A stretch of 64,000 bases of DNA from Nitrospinaceae bacterium (GCA_965223665.1 OZ245011.1:1440001-1504000); one strand, 5' to 3'; positions 51,357 through 61,502 are shown, numbered from the stretch's first letter. A program made the numbers and translations. Notes: a model not told the origin generated them from the sequence alone.

Positions 51357-51464
51357 AATAGGCCCGTAATCGAACCCAAGAGGACCGGTCATAGTCACTG
51401 AGAAATGTCCCTATATGAGTCCACGAAAGTCGGTCGGAATGTAAGATAAGAGAAAAGCCCCTCT

Positions 51465-52556
51465 TTACCTTTCAATTGGCAATTTAAAGAAAAAAGTGCT
51501 TCCCTCTCCCAGTTTGCTCTTTACCCCCACTTCCCCACCATGAAGATGAATGATCTTTTTAACTATCGCTAATCCAAGTCCGGTCGACTTTTCTCCTCCG
51601 GTGGGTTTGGTACTCAACTTTTGAAATTCACCGAACAATAATTTTTGATCTTCATCCGATAAGCCCTGCCCTTCATCCTTAACAGAAAATTGAATATGGT
51701 TGTCCACTGTTTCGGTAAAAATATGAACCTTAGTTTTGGGTGGTGAAAACTTGATTGCGTTGCCTATAAAGTTTCCCATCGCCTGCACGATGGCACTTTC
51801 ATCAAATAGAACCATGGGGATCTCCCCAAGTTTGAGGTCCAAATTAATATCTTTTTTCTTGGCGAGTAATTGATTTAATTCAAATTGAGAACGGGCCAAC
51901 AAATTTAAATCCTGGACTTTCAAGTCCAATTCTATTTTCCCGCTTTCAATTTTGGAAATATCCAACAGGTTTTCTAAAAGATTCCTCATGTAATTACTGG
52001 AATTAAAAATTTTTTCCAGTAATTCCCTTTGTTTATCATTTAACTTCCCAACGCCTTCACCCTTAAGAACTTCACTAAACGATTGAATCAAATATAAAGG
52101 ATTCCTTAAATCGTGAGAAGCAATCCCCAAAAATTTATTTTTAGTGTCGTTCAATTCCAAAAGCTGCTTATTTTTTTCCTTGATCTCCGTTAAGTCTCTT
52201 TCGATCGCTGCGAAATGAGTGACCTCTCCCTTTTCATTTTTCAAAGGAATGATATTGATATCCAGCCAGTACTTGGTTCCGCTTTTTGAATAATTAACGA
52301 TGGAAGTTCTTATGGGTTCTTCTTTTTCCAAAGCGGCTCTTATTTCCGCTTTAGTTTCAGGATCCGATTCCGGCCCCTGTAATATCCTCGGCGTTTTTCC
52401 CAGAACTTCATTGAGTGTATACCCGGTTAACTGAGTAAACGCTTCATTGACATAAACTATTTTTGGTCCGGGCTCATCAAGAGGTTGAGCCTCGGTTACG
52501 ATCACGATATCATTGGCAAATCGAACCACATCCTCAATCGAAAATTCCAATTTCAT
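51465..52556 (-). CDS. PAS-domain sensor histidine kinase
   Basis: PAS/PAC, SHDLRNPL H-box, NAIKFS, GLGLAI. Confidence 0.93.
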   Translation of the reverse strand: MKLEFSIEDVVRFANDIVIVTEAQPLDEPGPKIVYVNEAFTQLTGYTLNEVLGKTPRILQGPESDPETKAEIRAALEKEEPIRTSIVNYSKSGTKYWLDINIIPLKNEKGEVTHFAAIERDLTEIKEKNKQLLELNDTKNKFLGIASHDLRNPLYLIQSFSEVLKGEGVGKLNDKQRELLEKIFNSSNYMRNLLENLLDISKIESGKIELDLKVQDLNLLARSQFELNQLLAKKKDINLDLKLGEIPMVLFDESAIVQAMGNFIGNAIKFSPPKTKVHIFTETVDNHIQFSVKDEGQGLSDEDQKLLFGEFQKLSTKPTGGEKSTGLGLAIVKKIIHLHGGEVGVKSKLGEGSTFFFKLPIER

Positions 52557-52666
52557 AATGTCTTGACCTTAGCTGATTTGTAAGAACCAGAGCTAACCTT
52601 TATTTTATCACGCAATGTCCCCTTTTTGCCGAATGTAGACCTATCAAAGCAAAGAATAATAACCAT

Positions 52667-52763
52667 CCCGACCGGTCCAAAATGCATCGCCTCCTTTGCG
52701 AAACCCTATAGAACCAATGAGTTCGCCAAAGCCAGCGCAGCAAACAAAGCATGCTATAATTCC
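52667..52763 (+). promoter_or_regulatory. Promoter module copy 4
   Basis: CCCGACCGGTCCAAAATGC...TATAGAACCAATG...AAACAAAGCATGCTATAAT (52742-52760). Confidence 0.8.
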
Positions 52764-52832
52764 TTCATGGAATAACAACATACATTGGATTTACAGATAG
52801 CCAAAAAAAATTCCCTGAAAATGGAGGGCAGA

Positions 52833-53195
52833 ATGAAGACATTTAAATTAGGCTTAACGTTGACGCTATTTATAATTTTGATGTCCGCAATCGTATTTTC
52901 TCAAGCGCAAGCGCAAACGGAAGCAGACGAATGCCCCAAGCCGGAAGTTCCGAGCCAGGCGTGCCTTTCTCATGATACGAAAGATGCAATCGATGGAGTA
53001 GAAGACATTTGCGACGGGAAACTGCAACTCGCCACTAAAAAGGCTCTAAGAAAATATTGTCTGGGAGATAAAAATGGAGAGCACAAAGGCGAAGTCTGGT
53101 GGTACAAAGACGAAAGAATAAAAAAGCAGGTCCTTGAAAAGTTTGAATGCTTCAAGCTCACATGCGGGTGCGCCTCCTACTGCGATCCCTATTAA
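52833..53195 (+). CDS. Small Cys-rich secreted protein
   Basis: Signal peptide ending AQA; 8 Cys; GGAGG RBS. Confidence 0.7.
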   Translation: MKTFKLGLTLTLFIILMSAIVFSQAQAQTEADECPKPEVPSQACLSHDTKDAIDGVEDICDGKLQLATKKALRKYCLGDKNGEHKGEVWWYKDERIKKQVLEKFECFKLTCGCASYCDPY

Positions 53196-53258
53196 AACTC
53201 CAGAGACACCGCATAAGAAAAGCTTGATTCAGAATCCATACCCATCCCTCTACCAACT

Positions 53259-53963
53259 ATGAAAACCGCGCACCTGAAAATATCGTTTTTTATTGTTATG
53301 ATTTCTGCCTGTGTGGCCTGTGCCACCCAAGCCCAGGATCCGGACCTCTCTCCTCAAGCGAAGAACGCCCCGACCCGCTCCATTTATCTGGTGAACCAGG
53401 GCTGGCACGCCGGCATTATTGTGAAACGCGCGGATATCCCCGACGGCGTCTGGCCAGAGCACAAAGACTTACCGGATAGCGAGTACCTGGAGTTGGGTTG
53501 GGGAGACCGGGATTTTTACCAGGATTCGGACCCAAACTTTTGGGTCGCATTCAAGGCGGCCTTGTGGCCCACGGAGAGCGTCCTGCACATCGTCATTTTC
53601 AACGGGTCCGTGACCAAATACTTTGCCCACCGCGAAATCATCAGAATCGAGCTCTCTGAAACGGGATTCGAAAAACTGTGCCGCTATTTTTCACAGAGTT
53701 ATGCCAGGGACGATGCCGGTAAGCCCATTTCCCTTGGTCCCGGATTGTACGGAGTAAGTCGCTTCTATCTATCGCAGGAGACCTATCACGGATTCAAAAC
53801 CTGCAACGTCTGGACAGCGCGGGCCCTCCGTTCCGCAGGGGTACCCATCACTTCGACGATGACAATCAAAGTGGAAAGCCTCATGTCCGAAGCCCGCACC
53901 CACGGCACCGTGGTCCAACCCGAACCCGTTGCTTCCGGAAGGGCTTCTCCTAAGAAAGGTTGA
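53259..53963 (+). CDS. DUF2459-like protein
   Basis: GWHAGI, GWGDRDFY, ALWPTESVLH, TCNVWTA. Confidence 0.8.
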   Translation: MKTAHLKISFFIVMISACVACATQAQDPDLSPQAKNAPTRSIYLVNQGWHAGIIVKRADIPDGVWPEHKDLPDSEYLELGWGDRDFYQDSDPNFWVAFKAALWPTESVLHIVIFNGSVTKYFAHREIIRIELSETGFEKLCRYFSQSYARDDAGKPISLGPGLYGVSRFYLSQETYHGFKTCNVWTARALRSAGVPITSTMTIKVESLMSEARTHGTVVQPEPVASGRASPKKG

Positions 53964-53979
53964 CTACCAATGATATTAG

Positions 53980-54261
53980 GTGAATGAAATGAAAATAAAA
54001 ACGTTGAAAGATGTGAGGCGTGCCTGGTTGATTCATTGGTGTGTGTTTTTAAGTGCGCCGCTAGTTTACATATTATTTGTTGTTGTGTTTAACTCCTTTA
54101 TCTCTGAAAGCGCTGTAATTCTGATAACAATGTCTGTTGTTGGGGTTGTTTCGCTAAGAACTGCAATGATTAAATGTCCAAAATGTGGGGAGCATTTCTT
54201 TCCCAGTTACGGCATGACATCTATTTGGACGGGTCGATGTAATGGTTGCGGAGTTCATTGA
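53980..54261 (+). CDS. Two-TM protein with C-terminal Zn ribbon
   Basis: CPKCG...CNGCG. Confidence 0.65.
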   Translation: MNEMKIKTLKDVRRAWLIHWCVFLSAPLVYILFVVVFNSFISESAVILITMSVVGVVSLRTAMIKCPKCGEHFFPSYGMTSIWTGRCNGCGVH

Positions 54262-54652
54262 AAAGAGAAATAAAGAATGATTATTTTTGAGTATTTAAAC
54301 AAATCGTCAAACACCAGTTTCGTTCAAAATCTTACTCACCTGTTTCCCACGCTAAACAGACGTTCGATTATCAAGACAAACTTTTGACTAGAAACCTCAC
54401 ACCTCTCTTTAAAACCTGTTACCAACCCGCTTCCGGAAATCAAACTGCTTAGTGATCACGAGGAGGACAAACACAAAGATTTAAAACGAAATCTTATAAA
54501 GGAATTGGGCGAAACAGGTATGTCGTTAGCATTTCGGAGAAGGATCGGATGCCAATAAATATAAACTTATAAGAAAACCTTAACCATTACTCAGAGATCC
54601 ACAATCTAATTGAGGGTATCTGAGAAACGCTACGTGATTGAACAATGATCAC

Positions 54653-56122
54653 TCAATCACTAGATAAATCCATTTCAGGAACCACAAGAATTGAGCTGAG
54701 GATATCAAGAGAGTTTGAAAAAAACTCATTAAGTTCTCGAGAAAGATTATCCTCTATACTTTTAGATAGAACTTTTAATTCAGATTCATTTTGCTGGAGC
54801 CATTTAGCCACGGAAACTGAGGAAGCAATTTCAATAATTCCGCCCTCAAGTGCACCATCTAATTCACTTCTAAACTTTTTAAATAATTCTTGCATATTCC
54901 CATTGCCAATTTTGGTTGCTGATTCCTCGGAATCAAATCGTTCTTTCCCAACAAAACCCATTCCGCGCAGTAACTCCCACGCAAAATCCGCGTATCCACG
55001 GACAATTAAGTATGCATATGTTTTCTTTATACCGTATTTATTTGTATAGCCTTGTGGCTCAGGGATTCTAAATGTATCGGAAATATCAGATCCAGCTCCT
55101 TTAAGAATTGCTTTCCACTCATACTCAGATTTGATGTACGAAAAATACTTTGGAGGTTCAGATTGTTGTATGAGTGTTCCAATTTCAATTGGCTTAATTC
55201 TATAATCAAGTACCATTCGAAGATGGTCCGACGAAAACTCCGAAGTTGATTTTGAGACCATTTGAACCTTTAAGAGTTCGGAGGGAATTATGAAGTTAAA
55301 TGCTCTCTGTATTACCGACTCAAGCCTGCTTTCAATCATTTGAAGTGCCTTATTTGACAACTCCTTCTCTGGATTAAGCAAATAATGGTGCCTCTTAATA
55401 AGTTGTTCGTGAATCTTCACTTGTTTTTCGGCCGTAGCTAAACGAGCGTCATAATCTGGAATGTCGTTTTTTTTATTCTGCGCTTGTTTTATTCGTTTCA
55501 GTACGTTTTTCCATTCAACGAAATTTAGGTTTTCTTTTTCACGATTTTTTAACACAGTTAGATAAGCAGAAGAGAGCTCATCTACCTTTCGTTTAACTTC
55601 TAACACTAGGCAAGTAGATTCTGTAACGGCCCCTTGTACAACAACATTCCCCAGCGCTAATGGAATTGATCCTACTGGCAATTTTGTGGTATGTCGAAGA
55701 AGAGTAAAGAAGGCTATTTGTTCTTTCATTCTTTTCCGCGCAAGGTTTCTAGCAACAGATATTTTGAATCTTTTTGTATCAAGCTTGAGATAATCAGAAT
55801 AGGCCTTAAACGTGTCTTCAGACTTACATTTAGCCCAAATGCGCCTGTCACGAATGTAAGCTGTGATTAGCCATACCAAATACAATATTGCTGCTATAAT
55901 GCTTGAAAGGACTGCTGAAAGTAATACAGATTTAGAAAAAAGGTAGTAAAGAATTCCGACAAATATTGCTATAAAAAAACCAATCGAGAATGTTTTACTT
56001 TTTTGGAATATTCTAAGAAAGGTTCGGCATACTATAAGAATAACAGTAACCACGATCAAGCCTGCAAGAGACTTTAAAATAAAAAGTGCCCAAGATTCCA
56101 TTATTCCCCCCCAGCTTTTCAA
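54653..56122 (-). CDS. Hypothetical membrane protein (3 N-terminal TMs), AT-rich
   Basis: Long ORF; W..C.SEDTFKAYSDYL; coiled segments. Confidence 0.7.
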   Translation of the reverse strand: MKSWGGIMESWALFILKSLAGLIVVTVILIVCRTFLRIFQKSKTFSIGFFIAIFVGILYYLFSKSVLLSAVLSSIIAAILYLVWLITAYIRDRRIWAKCKSEDTFKAYSDYLKLDTKRFKISVARNLARKRMKEQIAFFTLLRHTTKLPVGSIPLALGNVVVQGAVTESTCLVLEVKRKVDELSSAYLTVLKNREKENLNFVEWKNVLKRIKQAQNKKNDIPDYDARLATAEKQVKIHEQLIKRHHYLLNPEKELSNKALQMIESRLESVIQRAFNFIIPSELLKVQMVSKSTSEFSSDHLRMVLDYRIKPIEIGTLIQQSEPPKYFSYIKSEYEWKAILKGAGSDISDTFRIPEPQGYTNKYGIKKTYAYLIVRGYADFAWELLRGMGFVGKERFDSEESATKIGNGNMQELFKKFRSELDGALEGGIIEIASSVSVAKWLQQNESELKVLSKSIEDNLSRELNEFFSNSLDILSSILVVPEMDLSSD

Positions 56123-56269
56123 GATGGTATCTTAAAACTAACAATTTGAGAATAAGCGCAATTTTCTTTCGCACAAATCAAGTTAAACGAAATTAAATTG
56201 GTGATTTTACTTTTTAATCCGAATTTGTCAATCTCATTTAATAGTGATTCGAATCAATGTTATTTATAA

Positions 56270-56407
56270 ACAAGGATTTATGCCAAGGAGAGCAATGCGG
56301 CGCGATTGCAGTGGATAACAGCCATCGAAAACAAGCAGGCTCAATCACTATATGAATCCATGGAAGTCAATATAAGTACCTGGTTGCTTTACTCCGGCAA
56401 GACTTAA
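56270..56407 (+). pseudogene. C-terminal remnant of a GNAT acetyltransferase
   Basis: YAKESNAARLQWITAIENKQAQSLYESM...* (GNAT motif B-like N..AQ.LYE); no start, in-frame stop upstream. Confidence 0.65.
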
Positions 56408-56421
56408 AGAAAAATATCCAA

Positions 56422-56516
56422 CCCGACCGGTCCAAAATGCCCCCCTTTTTCACAAAACCTTATAGAACAAATGGGCTTAATTAAGTTTAGGCAGTAAACA
56501 AAGCATGCTATAATCC
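56422..56516 (+). promoter_or_regulatory. Promoter module copy 5
   Basis: Colinear with 52667-52763; AAACAAAGCATGCTATAAT at 56496-56514. Confidence 0.8.
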
Positions 56517-56537
56517 ACGTTTAAAGGAGAACTTTTT

Positions 56538-57464
56538 TTGAGCCTATTACAAGAAATTCAGGAGTCTGTTATTCAAGAAGGGACAGAAGTTGCTTCAGTC
56601 TTACTAAAACTTCGCCTTCTGTCATCGCGTTTGGGGAGTGCCACGCTAGAAGAGTGGGTTAAATTTGAATCTGAAGGCTACCCTAGCGATGCTCATATAC
56701 CAAATTACCGGAATATTCCCGTAACCTATAGAGGGTCATTTGCAGGTCCTTTTGGAGCCAGCGTAACGAACGCATCCATTCCTCCGCATATCATTGAGAA
56801 AAACGCTGGAAAACATTGGACAAATTATAAGCTAAGGCAAAGTATTGCCTCCATAGATGATATGGCAAAAAGTTCATCTAAAAAAACCGAAGCACTTCAT
56901 ATTAATGCAGCAAATTTAATTCTGCTAATACAAGGAAAAATGTACCCAGATTACTCGTGCTATGAGATTCGTGGAATTGTTTCGCCGACAAGTCTTGTGG
57001 AAGTACAACATGTAGTTAAAAGTAGAGTTCTGGAATTAACTATTCAACTTGAAAAATCAATTCCAGCCGCCAAGGATGTTACATTTGGGAAACGACAATC
57101 AAATATCAGCGAAACTTCAGCTAAGGTATCACAACTTTCACAGCAAATTATTTTTGGGAATTACACATCAATTTCCAGCAGTGGTGAGGGAGCTCAATTT
57201 CAAATAAATTTTGAAAAGGGTGATAATGAAGCGTTTAAAAAATGCCTTATCGATGCAGGCATTGATCAATCTGATGCTACTGATTTGGCTGAAATCATTG
57301 CTTCAGAAGAACCTGGAGATAAAAATGAACCCCTTGGTTTAAAAGCAAAAAAATGGGTAGTTAAAAACCTAATGAAGGCTATCGACGGTACTTGGAAAGT
57401 TGGCATATCTGTAGTTACAGAAGTTATTAAAAAGGCAGCTCTTAAGTTTTATGGCTTGGGTTAA
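56538..57464 (+). CDS. AbiTii-domain protein
   Basis: LLQEIQ..VASVLLKLRLLSSRLG..LEEWVKFESEGY..IPNYR N-terminus; RQSIASI. Confidence 0.75.
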   Translation: MSLLQEIQESVIQEGTEVASVLLKLRLLSSRLGSATLEEWVKFESEGYPSDAHIPNYRNIPVTYRGSFAGPFGASVTNASIPPHIIEKNAGKHWTNYKLRQSIASIDDMAKSSSKKTEALHINAANLILLIQGKMYPDYSCYEIRGIVSPTSLVEVQHVVKSRVLELTIQLEKSIPAAKDVTFGKRQSNISETSAKVSQLSQQIIFGNYTSISSSGEGAQFQINFEKGDNEAFKKCLIDAGIDQSDATDLAEIIASEEPGDKNEPLGLKAKKWVVKNLMKAIDGTWKVGISVVTEVIKKAALKFYGLG

Positions 57465-57782
57465 TATACAACCGAAATATTTTTATAACTACTATCATAT
57501 GACACAAGATTAAAATTGGGGCAATTTTCATTCAAGCTTTAAACTATTTTCTTACCAAAACTATTTTCACAAACTAACGGCCCAATGCGGATATTCATTG
57601 TAGGACTTATGTAATTCATTTAATAACCGGGGTATATTTTAGTTTTCCTTTTTCACTAGTCCCTTTACAATGGCATGCGATCACATATCCAAAATTGACT
57701 TAATCTCTTCAATGTAGTTTAATCATTCAACAATAAATAGGCGATAATTAAAATAACAAGTAAAATAATTTGAGGGAAATGG

Positions 57783-59129
57783 ATGATTTCAGGATGGCAT
57801 TTAAAAAATTATAAGTCTTTTGACGAAGTATCTATGGAGCTTAGACCATTAACCATTTTTGTTGGTCCAAATAATTCGGGTAAATCTTCTCTAATTTCTC
57901 CTCTTAGAATTTTAATACAAACCATCGAGAGTTTTGATTCTGAATTACCGTTAGTACTTAATGGCACTTTAGGAGATTTTGGAACATACAAAGATGTCGT
58001 TTTCCAAAATACTAGGCGAAGAGATATTGAGATATCTTTAGATTTTTATAACAAGTCCATAAACTTTACAAATCCTGACAGAAAAGATCTAATTAAAGTT
58101 GACTTAAAATTTTCTTACAGAGGTGTAAGAAGGGAAATAATTTTAAAGGGAATTAAAATAACTGATAGCAAGGAAATATTATTAGAAACCAGATATTCAA
58201 ATACGACAGGAAAACAATTAGTTCATAAGTTTGCAAATATCACAATTCCTAAACAGGTAAGTAGTTCATTTTCGAAGGGTCTCAGAATTTATAATTTCAT
58301 ACCTCATTTTACCCCCTTATATCTTTTTGAAATGAAAAATAAAAAGAGTATTCCAAACTCTTTCCTAAAAAATTTAACAGACTCCGAGTTGAGTAATGCT
58401 GCGCGCAAAATTATAAGGACAGGCAATTCCCTTCATCGGATGATATTAGACATGGATTATATAGGCCCAATGAGGGTTCCTCCTGAACGAACAATTTTAT
58501 TTACAGGTGAAAAAAGATCAAGGATAGGCGCTCATGGAGAAAATGCTTCAAATATTTTAGCAATGGACTCAATCCGGAGGGGAAAGGAAAAAAGGGGAAT
58601 TAAACAAGAAATAGTTGATTGGTTACAGAAGGCTGGAATTGCTGGCGATATAAATATCAATTTACTTTCGGACAGACATTATGAAATTAAAATTCAAAAT
58701 GAGCAAACCAAAGAGTATCAGAATTATGCGGATGTAGGATATGGGAACAGTCAGGTTATTCCCATTTTAGTCGGCGGTTTTAATATGGCAAAAAATTCAA
58801 CCTACATCATGGAAGAACCAGAAATACATTTACATCCAAAAGCACAGGCCGAACTGGGGGACTTTTTAATACGACTACACAAAAAGCAAGTACAGGCAAT
58901 TGTGGAAACTCATAGTGAGCATATGATTCTAAGACTCCAACAACATGTGGCCTCTAAGAAAATATCCAATGGCGATGTAATTTTTTATTATGTATGTGGA
59001 ACTGAAAGCGGAAAAACAATTACAAAATTAGAAATGGATAGCCAGGGAAGGTTTGTTGATGAATGGCCGGGAGGATTTTTTCCACAAAGATTAAATGAAG
59101 CAAAAAAACTGGCAAAATTAAGGTATTAG
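57783..59129 (+). CDS. ABC/AAA ATPase with DUF3696-like C-terminus
   Basis: GPNNSGKSS, DVGYGNSQVIP, MEEPEIHLHP, ETHSEH, WPGGFF. Confidence 0.88.
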   Translation: MISGWHLKNYKSFDEVSMELRPLTIFVGPNNSGKSSLISPLRILIQTIESFDSELPLVLNGTLGDFGTYKDVVFQNTRRRDIEISLDFYNKSINFTNPDRKDLIKVDLKFSYRGVRREIILKGIKITDSKEILLETRYSNTTGKQLVHKFANITIPKQVSSSFSKGLRIYNFIPHFTPLYLFEMKNKKSIPNSFLKNLTDSELSNAARKIIRTGNSLHRMILDMDYIGPMRVPPERTILFTGEKRSRIGAHGENASNILAMDSIRRGKEKRGIKQEIVDWLQKAGIAGDININLLSDRHYEIKIQNEQTKEYQNYADVGYGNSQVIPILVGGFNMAKNSTYIMEEPEIHLHPKAQAELGDFLIRLHKKQVQAIVETHSEHMILRLQQHVASKKISNGDVIFYYVCGTESGKTITKLEMDSQGRFVDEWPGGFFPQRLNEAKKLAKLRY

Positions 59130-59147
59130 AATAGATTTGGTCTTTTT

Positions 59148-59663
59148 ATGATAGTAGTAGATGCAAACGTAGTTAAAGATTATTTTCTAGAGGTAGTCAT
59201 TGGTTCTAATCATAAATTAACTGAAAGTAGCAAAGAAATATTTGAGCAACCTAATTTACAAATTTTTTTAGATGAAGGTGGAATAATTGAAAAAGAGTGG
59301 AAGAGTACTGTTGAGCCTGAATGGTTTGACTCGTGGTTTAGTGATTTATTGATAAAGGGAAAGGCAATTACTATTCCGGTTGGGAATTATCCAGACTTAA
59401 TACAAAAGCTTACTCAGCTTGGGTTCCCAATAAATGGAAAGGATAAGTGGTATATTCGGACTGCAGCCGAGGTTTCACTAAAAAATAGTATAGGTATTAT
59501 AATTACCGAAGACTTGGATTTTTACAATCCCAAAATGAAAAATACAGGGGGAGATAAAAGAATAAAAATACTTAAATCAGCCAATCCTCCTATTAAGAAA
59601 TTTTTGAAGAAGAAAAATATTATCGTTCTTTGTGTCCAAGATTATATTTCTTCTTTTTTATAG
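59148..59663 (+). CDS. Putative PIN-like nuclease, partner of the ATPase
   Basis: IVVDANV, EW, KDKWYIRTA, IITEDLDF acidic pattern. Confidence 0.6.
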   Translation: MIVVDANVVKDYFLEVVIGSNHKLTESSKEIFEQPNLQIFLDEGGIIEKEWKSTVEPEWFDSWFSDLLIKGKAITIPVGNYPDLIQKLTQLGFPINGKDKWYIRTAAEVSLKNSIGIIITEDLDFYNPKMKNTGGDKRIKILKSANPPIKKFLKKKNIIVLCVQDYISSFL

Positions 59664-59922
59664 TTATTTTCATTAGAAATTGATCTGCCGCAGAAGTTTA
59701 CACTATTTTTAAGCTAGAGCTTCCTCCTTTAACATGAAAGACATTGGGGCCAGTGGACTTTAAACACAAAAATTGTGTGATGGAACCACAGGATATTCTG
59801 GCAATTGTAGGTCAAAGTTTCAAAGTTGGTTATTGGCCAAATGAAAACTCCTCTTATAGCTATTCACTTAACAGTGGCAAAATACTGTATTTTTAGAAAC
59901 CATTTGAAAAAGATTCATCATC

Positions 59923-60047
59923 ATGTGGAACTGGTTTCGTAAATTTCGGCGGAGGAAAATACTGGCGGAGCCTTTCCCCAGTGAGTGGGAAACGCACATT
60001 AAAAACAGCCTTCCATATTATCGGCACCTGAACGCTGAGAACCAAAA
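59923..60047 (+). pseudogene. 5' fragment of an M90/MtfA-like zinc peptidase gene
   Basis: MWNWFRKFRRRKILAEPFPSEWETHIKNSLPYYRHLNAENQ resembles the family N-terminus; similarity ends just before the attC-like site. Confidence 0.7.
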
Positions 60048-60062
60048 CGATTGCGGAGTCTC

Positions 60063-60123
60063 GTCCAACAAACAATTCAGAGGGCGGCGCATTCCTCGCG
60101 CGATCTAATCTTATTCGTTATGC
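60063..60123 (+). mobile_element. attC-like integron cassette recombination site (61 bp)
   Basis: GTCCAAC-AAACA-ATTCAGAG...ATCTAAT-CTTATTC-GTTATGC: R''/R' boxes, L boxes with an extra C, GC-rich centre. Confidence 0.6.
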
Positions 60124-60155
60124 AATTTTATGAGCGTAGTGACCGCGCGCCAGTT

Positions 60156-60740
60156 TTAGAGTTGAGATATAATTTCAGAGAATTCAGATATAATTTCAGA
60201 AGCCCACTCAAACCCAAGTGCCTTAGCTACAACCAGGGCTATGAACCCCCAAAACGCAACTATTAACACTACCTTCAGCACCTCAACTGCAAGTTTAAGT
60301 ACATAATAAGCAATATAGAGGGCAGCACCAGAAGCAAAAAAGGCAATTATACCCGCAACAATAGTTTCTCCTATATCTTTATTTTTTCCATATGTTACTA
60401 AGCATGCGATTATCGCGATTAATACTGAAAGGCCACCAATGGATTCTGAAACTGACGACTGTTTTTTTGTCGCATTTGTTTTAGGGGTTCCACTTGAAGT
60501 TTTTTCAACATTTTGCCTATGGTTACTACTTACTGAAGAGCTGGGCGAGGAAACCGTTCCCGTGCCACTACAGTTCCAGCAGGCATCTTTTATTTCCGCT
60601 GTTGATTTTCCGCTACCACCGCATGCCATGCAGGCAGTATCCGTGGTTGCTCCATACCCACGCCCTCCACATGAGTAACAGTCTTCGTACCTCCCTGACG
60701 GTAAATAACACATGCCAGAACATACGCTACATGTTCCCAT
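60156..60740 (-). CDS. DnaJ-type CxxCxGxG zinc-finger membrane protein
   Basis: Four CxxCxG repeats, Ser-rich linker, about three TMs; GGAGG RBS. Confidence 0.8.
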   Translation of the reverse strand: MGTCSVCSGMCYLPSGRYEDCYSCGGRGYGATTDTACMACGGSGKSTAEIKDACWNCSGTGTVSSPSSSVSSNHRQNVEKTSSGTPKTNATKKQSSVSESIGGLSVLIAIIACLVTYGKNKDIGETIVAGIIAFFASGAALYIAYYVLKLAVEVLKVVLIVAFWGFIALVVAKALGFEWASEIISEFSEIISQL

Positions 60741-61034
60741 ATTTGCCTCCCAACTATATTTACAAAACGTGCAGCTAACCGGTGGCCGGAAACAAACGAT
60801 GTCGAATGTCTTGTAATTAAATAGTTCCCGTATATAATCCCAAACGGAAAAGTATACTATTTATTTCCAAATAGTACAGTTTGTCTAAATATTTAGCTAG
60901 TTCTGTGGAGATTTATTGCAGGATTTGATTGACTGGTTCTTGCCGACTGTTAACGACCCAAAGCGGTTTCGCAATTGGTGAAAACCAAAATTGGCGTAAT
61001 TGCTTTTAGAAAAAAAATGCTGAAAGGAGAAAGA

Positions 61035-61196
61035 ATGACCCCTATGTTCTTTTATCTCATCTTTGCGTCCATGTTTTTAAATTTCGTTGTTGTCGCTTAT
61101 CAGATTAATAAGAAGCATTCATGGTTAGTTGTTTCTTTTTCGGGCACCTCAATTATCTTACAGGGCTTGGCGCTGCGCGCCATCGCATTTGCATAG
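61035..61196 (+). CDS. Small two-TM protein
   Basis: AGGAG RBS; hydrophobic 53 aa. Confidence 0.45.
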   Translation: MTPMFFYLIFASMFLNFVVVAYQINKKHSWLVVSFSGTSIILQGLALRAIAFA

Positions 61197-61502
61197 CGTC
61201 ACGCTCTCAAAGCATTTCGCGAATCCGTGGGGGATGTAGAGGGCCCTAGCGAGTCACCGAGTCTCAGCCTCTCTCCGCCTGGGACCTCCTAATAATTCAT
61301 TTTCAAGATTTTATATTTTAGCTGATTCAGCAACCATAAATGCTTTTGGCAAATCCTTAATTGTTTTGTCAAAAAACTATTAGGCAGTCCTTCGCACAGA
61401 ATTTATTATTTGATATTGGAATCAAGGTATTTAAGGAATGGCCGCTTTGGGCCGAATGCAGACATAACTTGAAAACAAAAAACAACTTCCTCATGAAAAA
61501 AA

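Noticed and set aside
52200-52556. LOV photoreceptor domain in the kinase
   Set aside because: GKTPRILQ replaces GRNCRFLQ; the photoactive Cys is absent.
54424-54558. Open stretch NPLPEIKLLSDHEEDKHKDLKRNLIKELG..., a possible gene remnant
   Set aside because: No start or recognisable family.
61255-61282. CCTCTCTCCGCC resembling a tRNA-Ser 3' end / att site
   Set aside because: No TTCGAA T-loop or cloverleaf.
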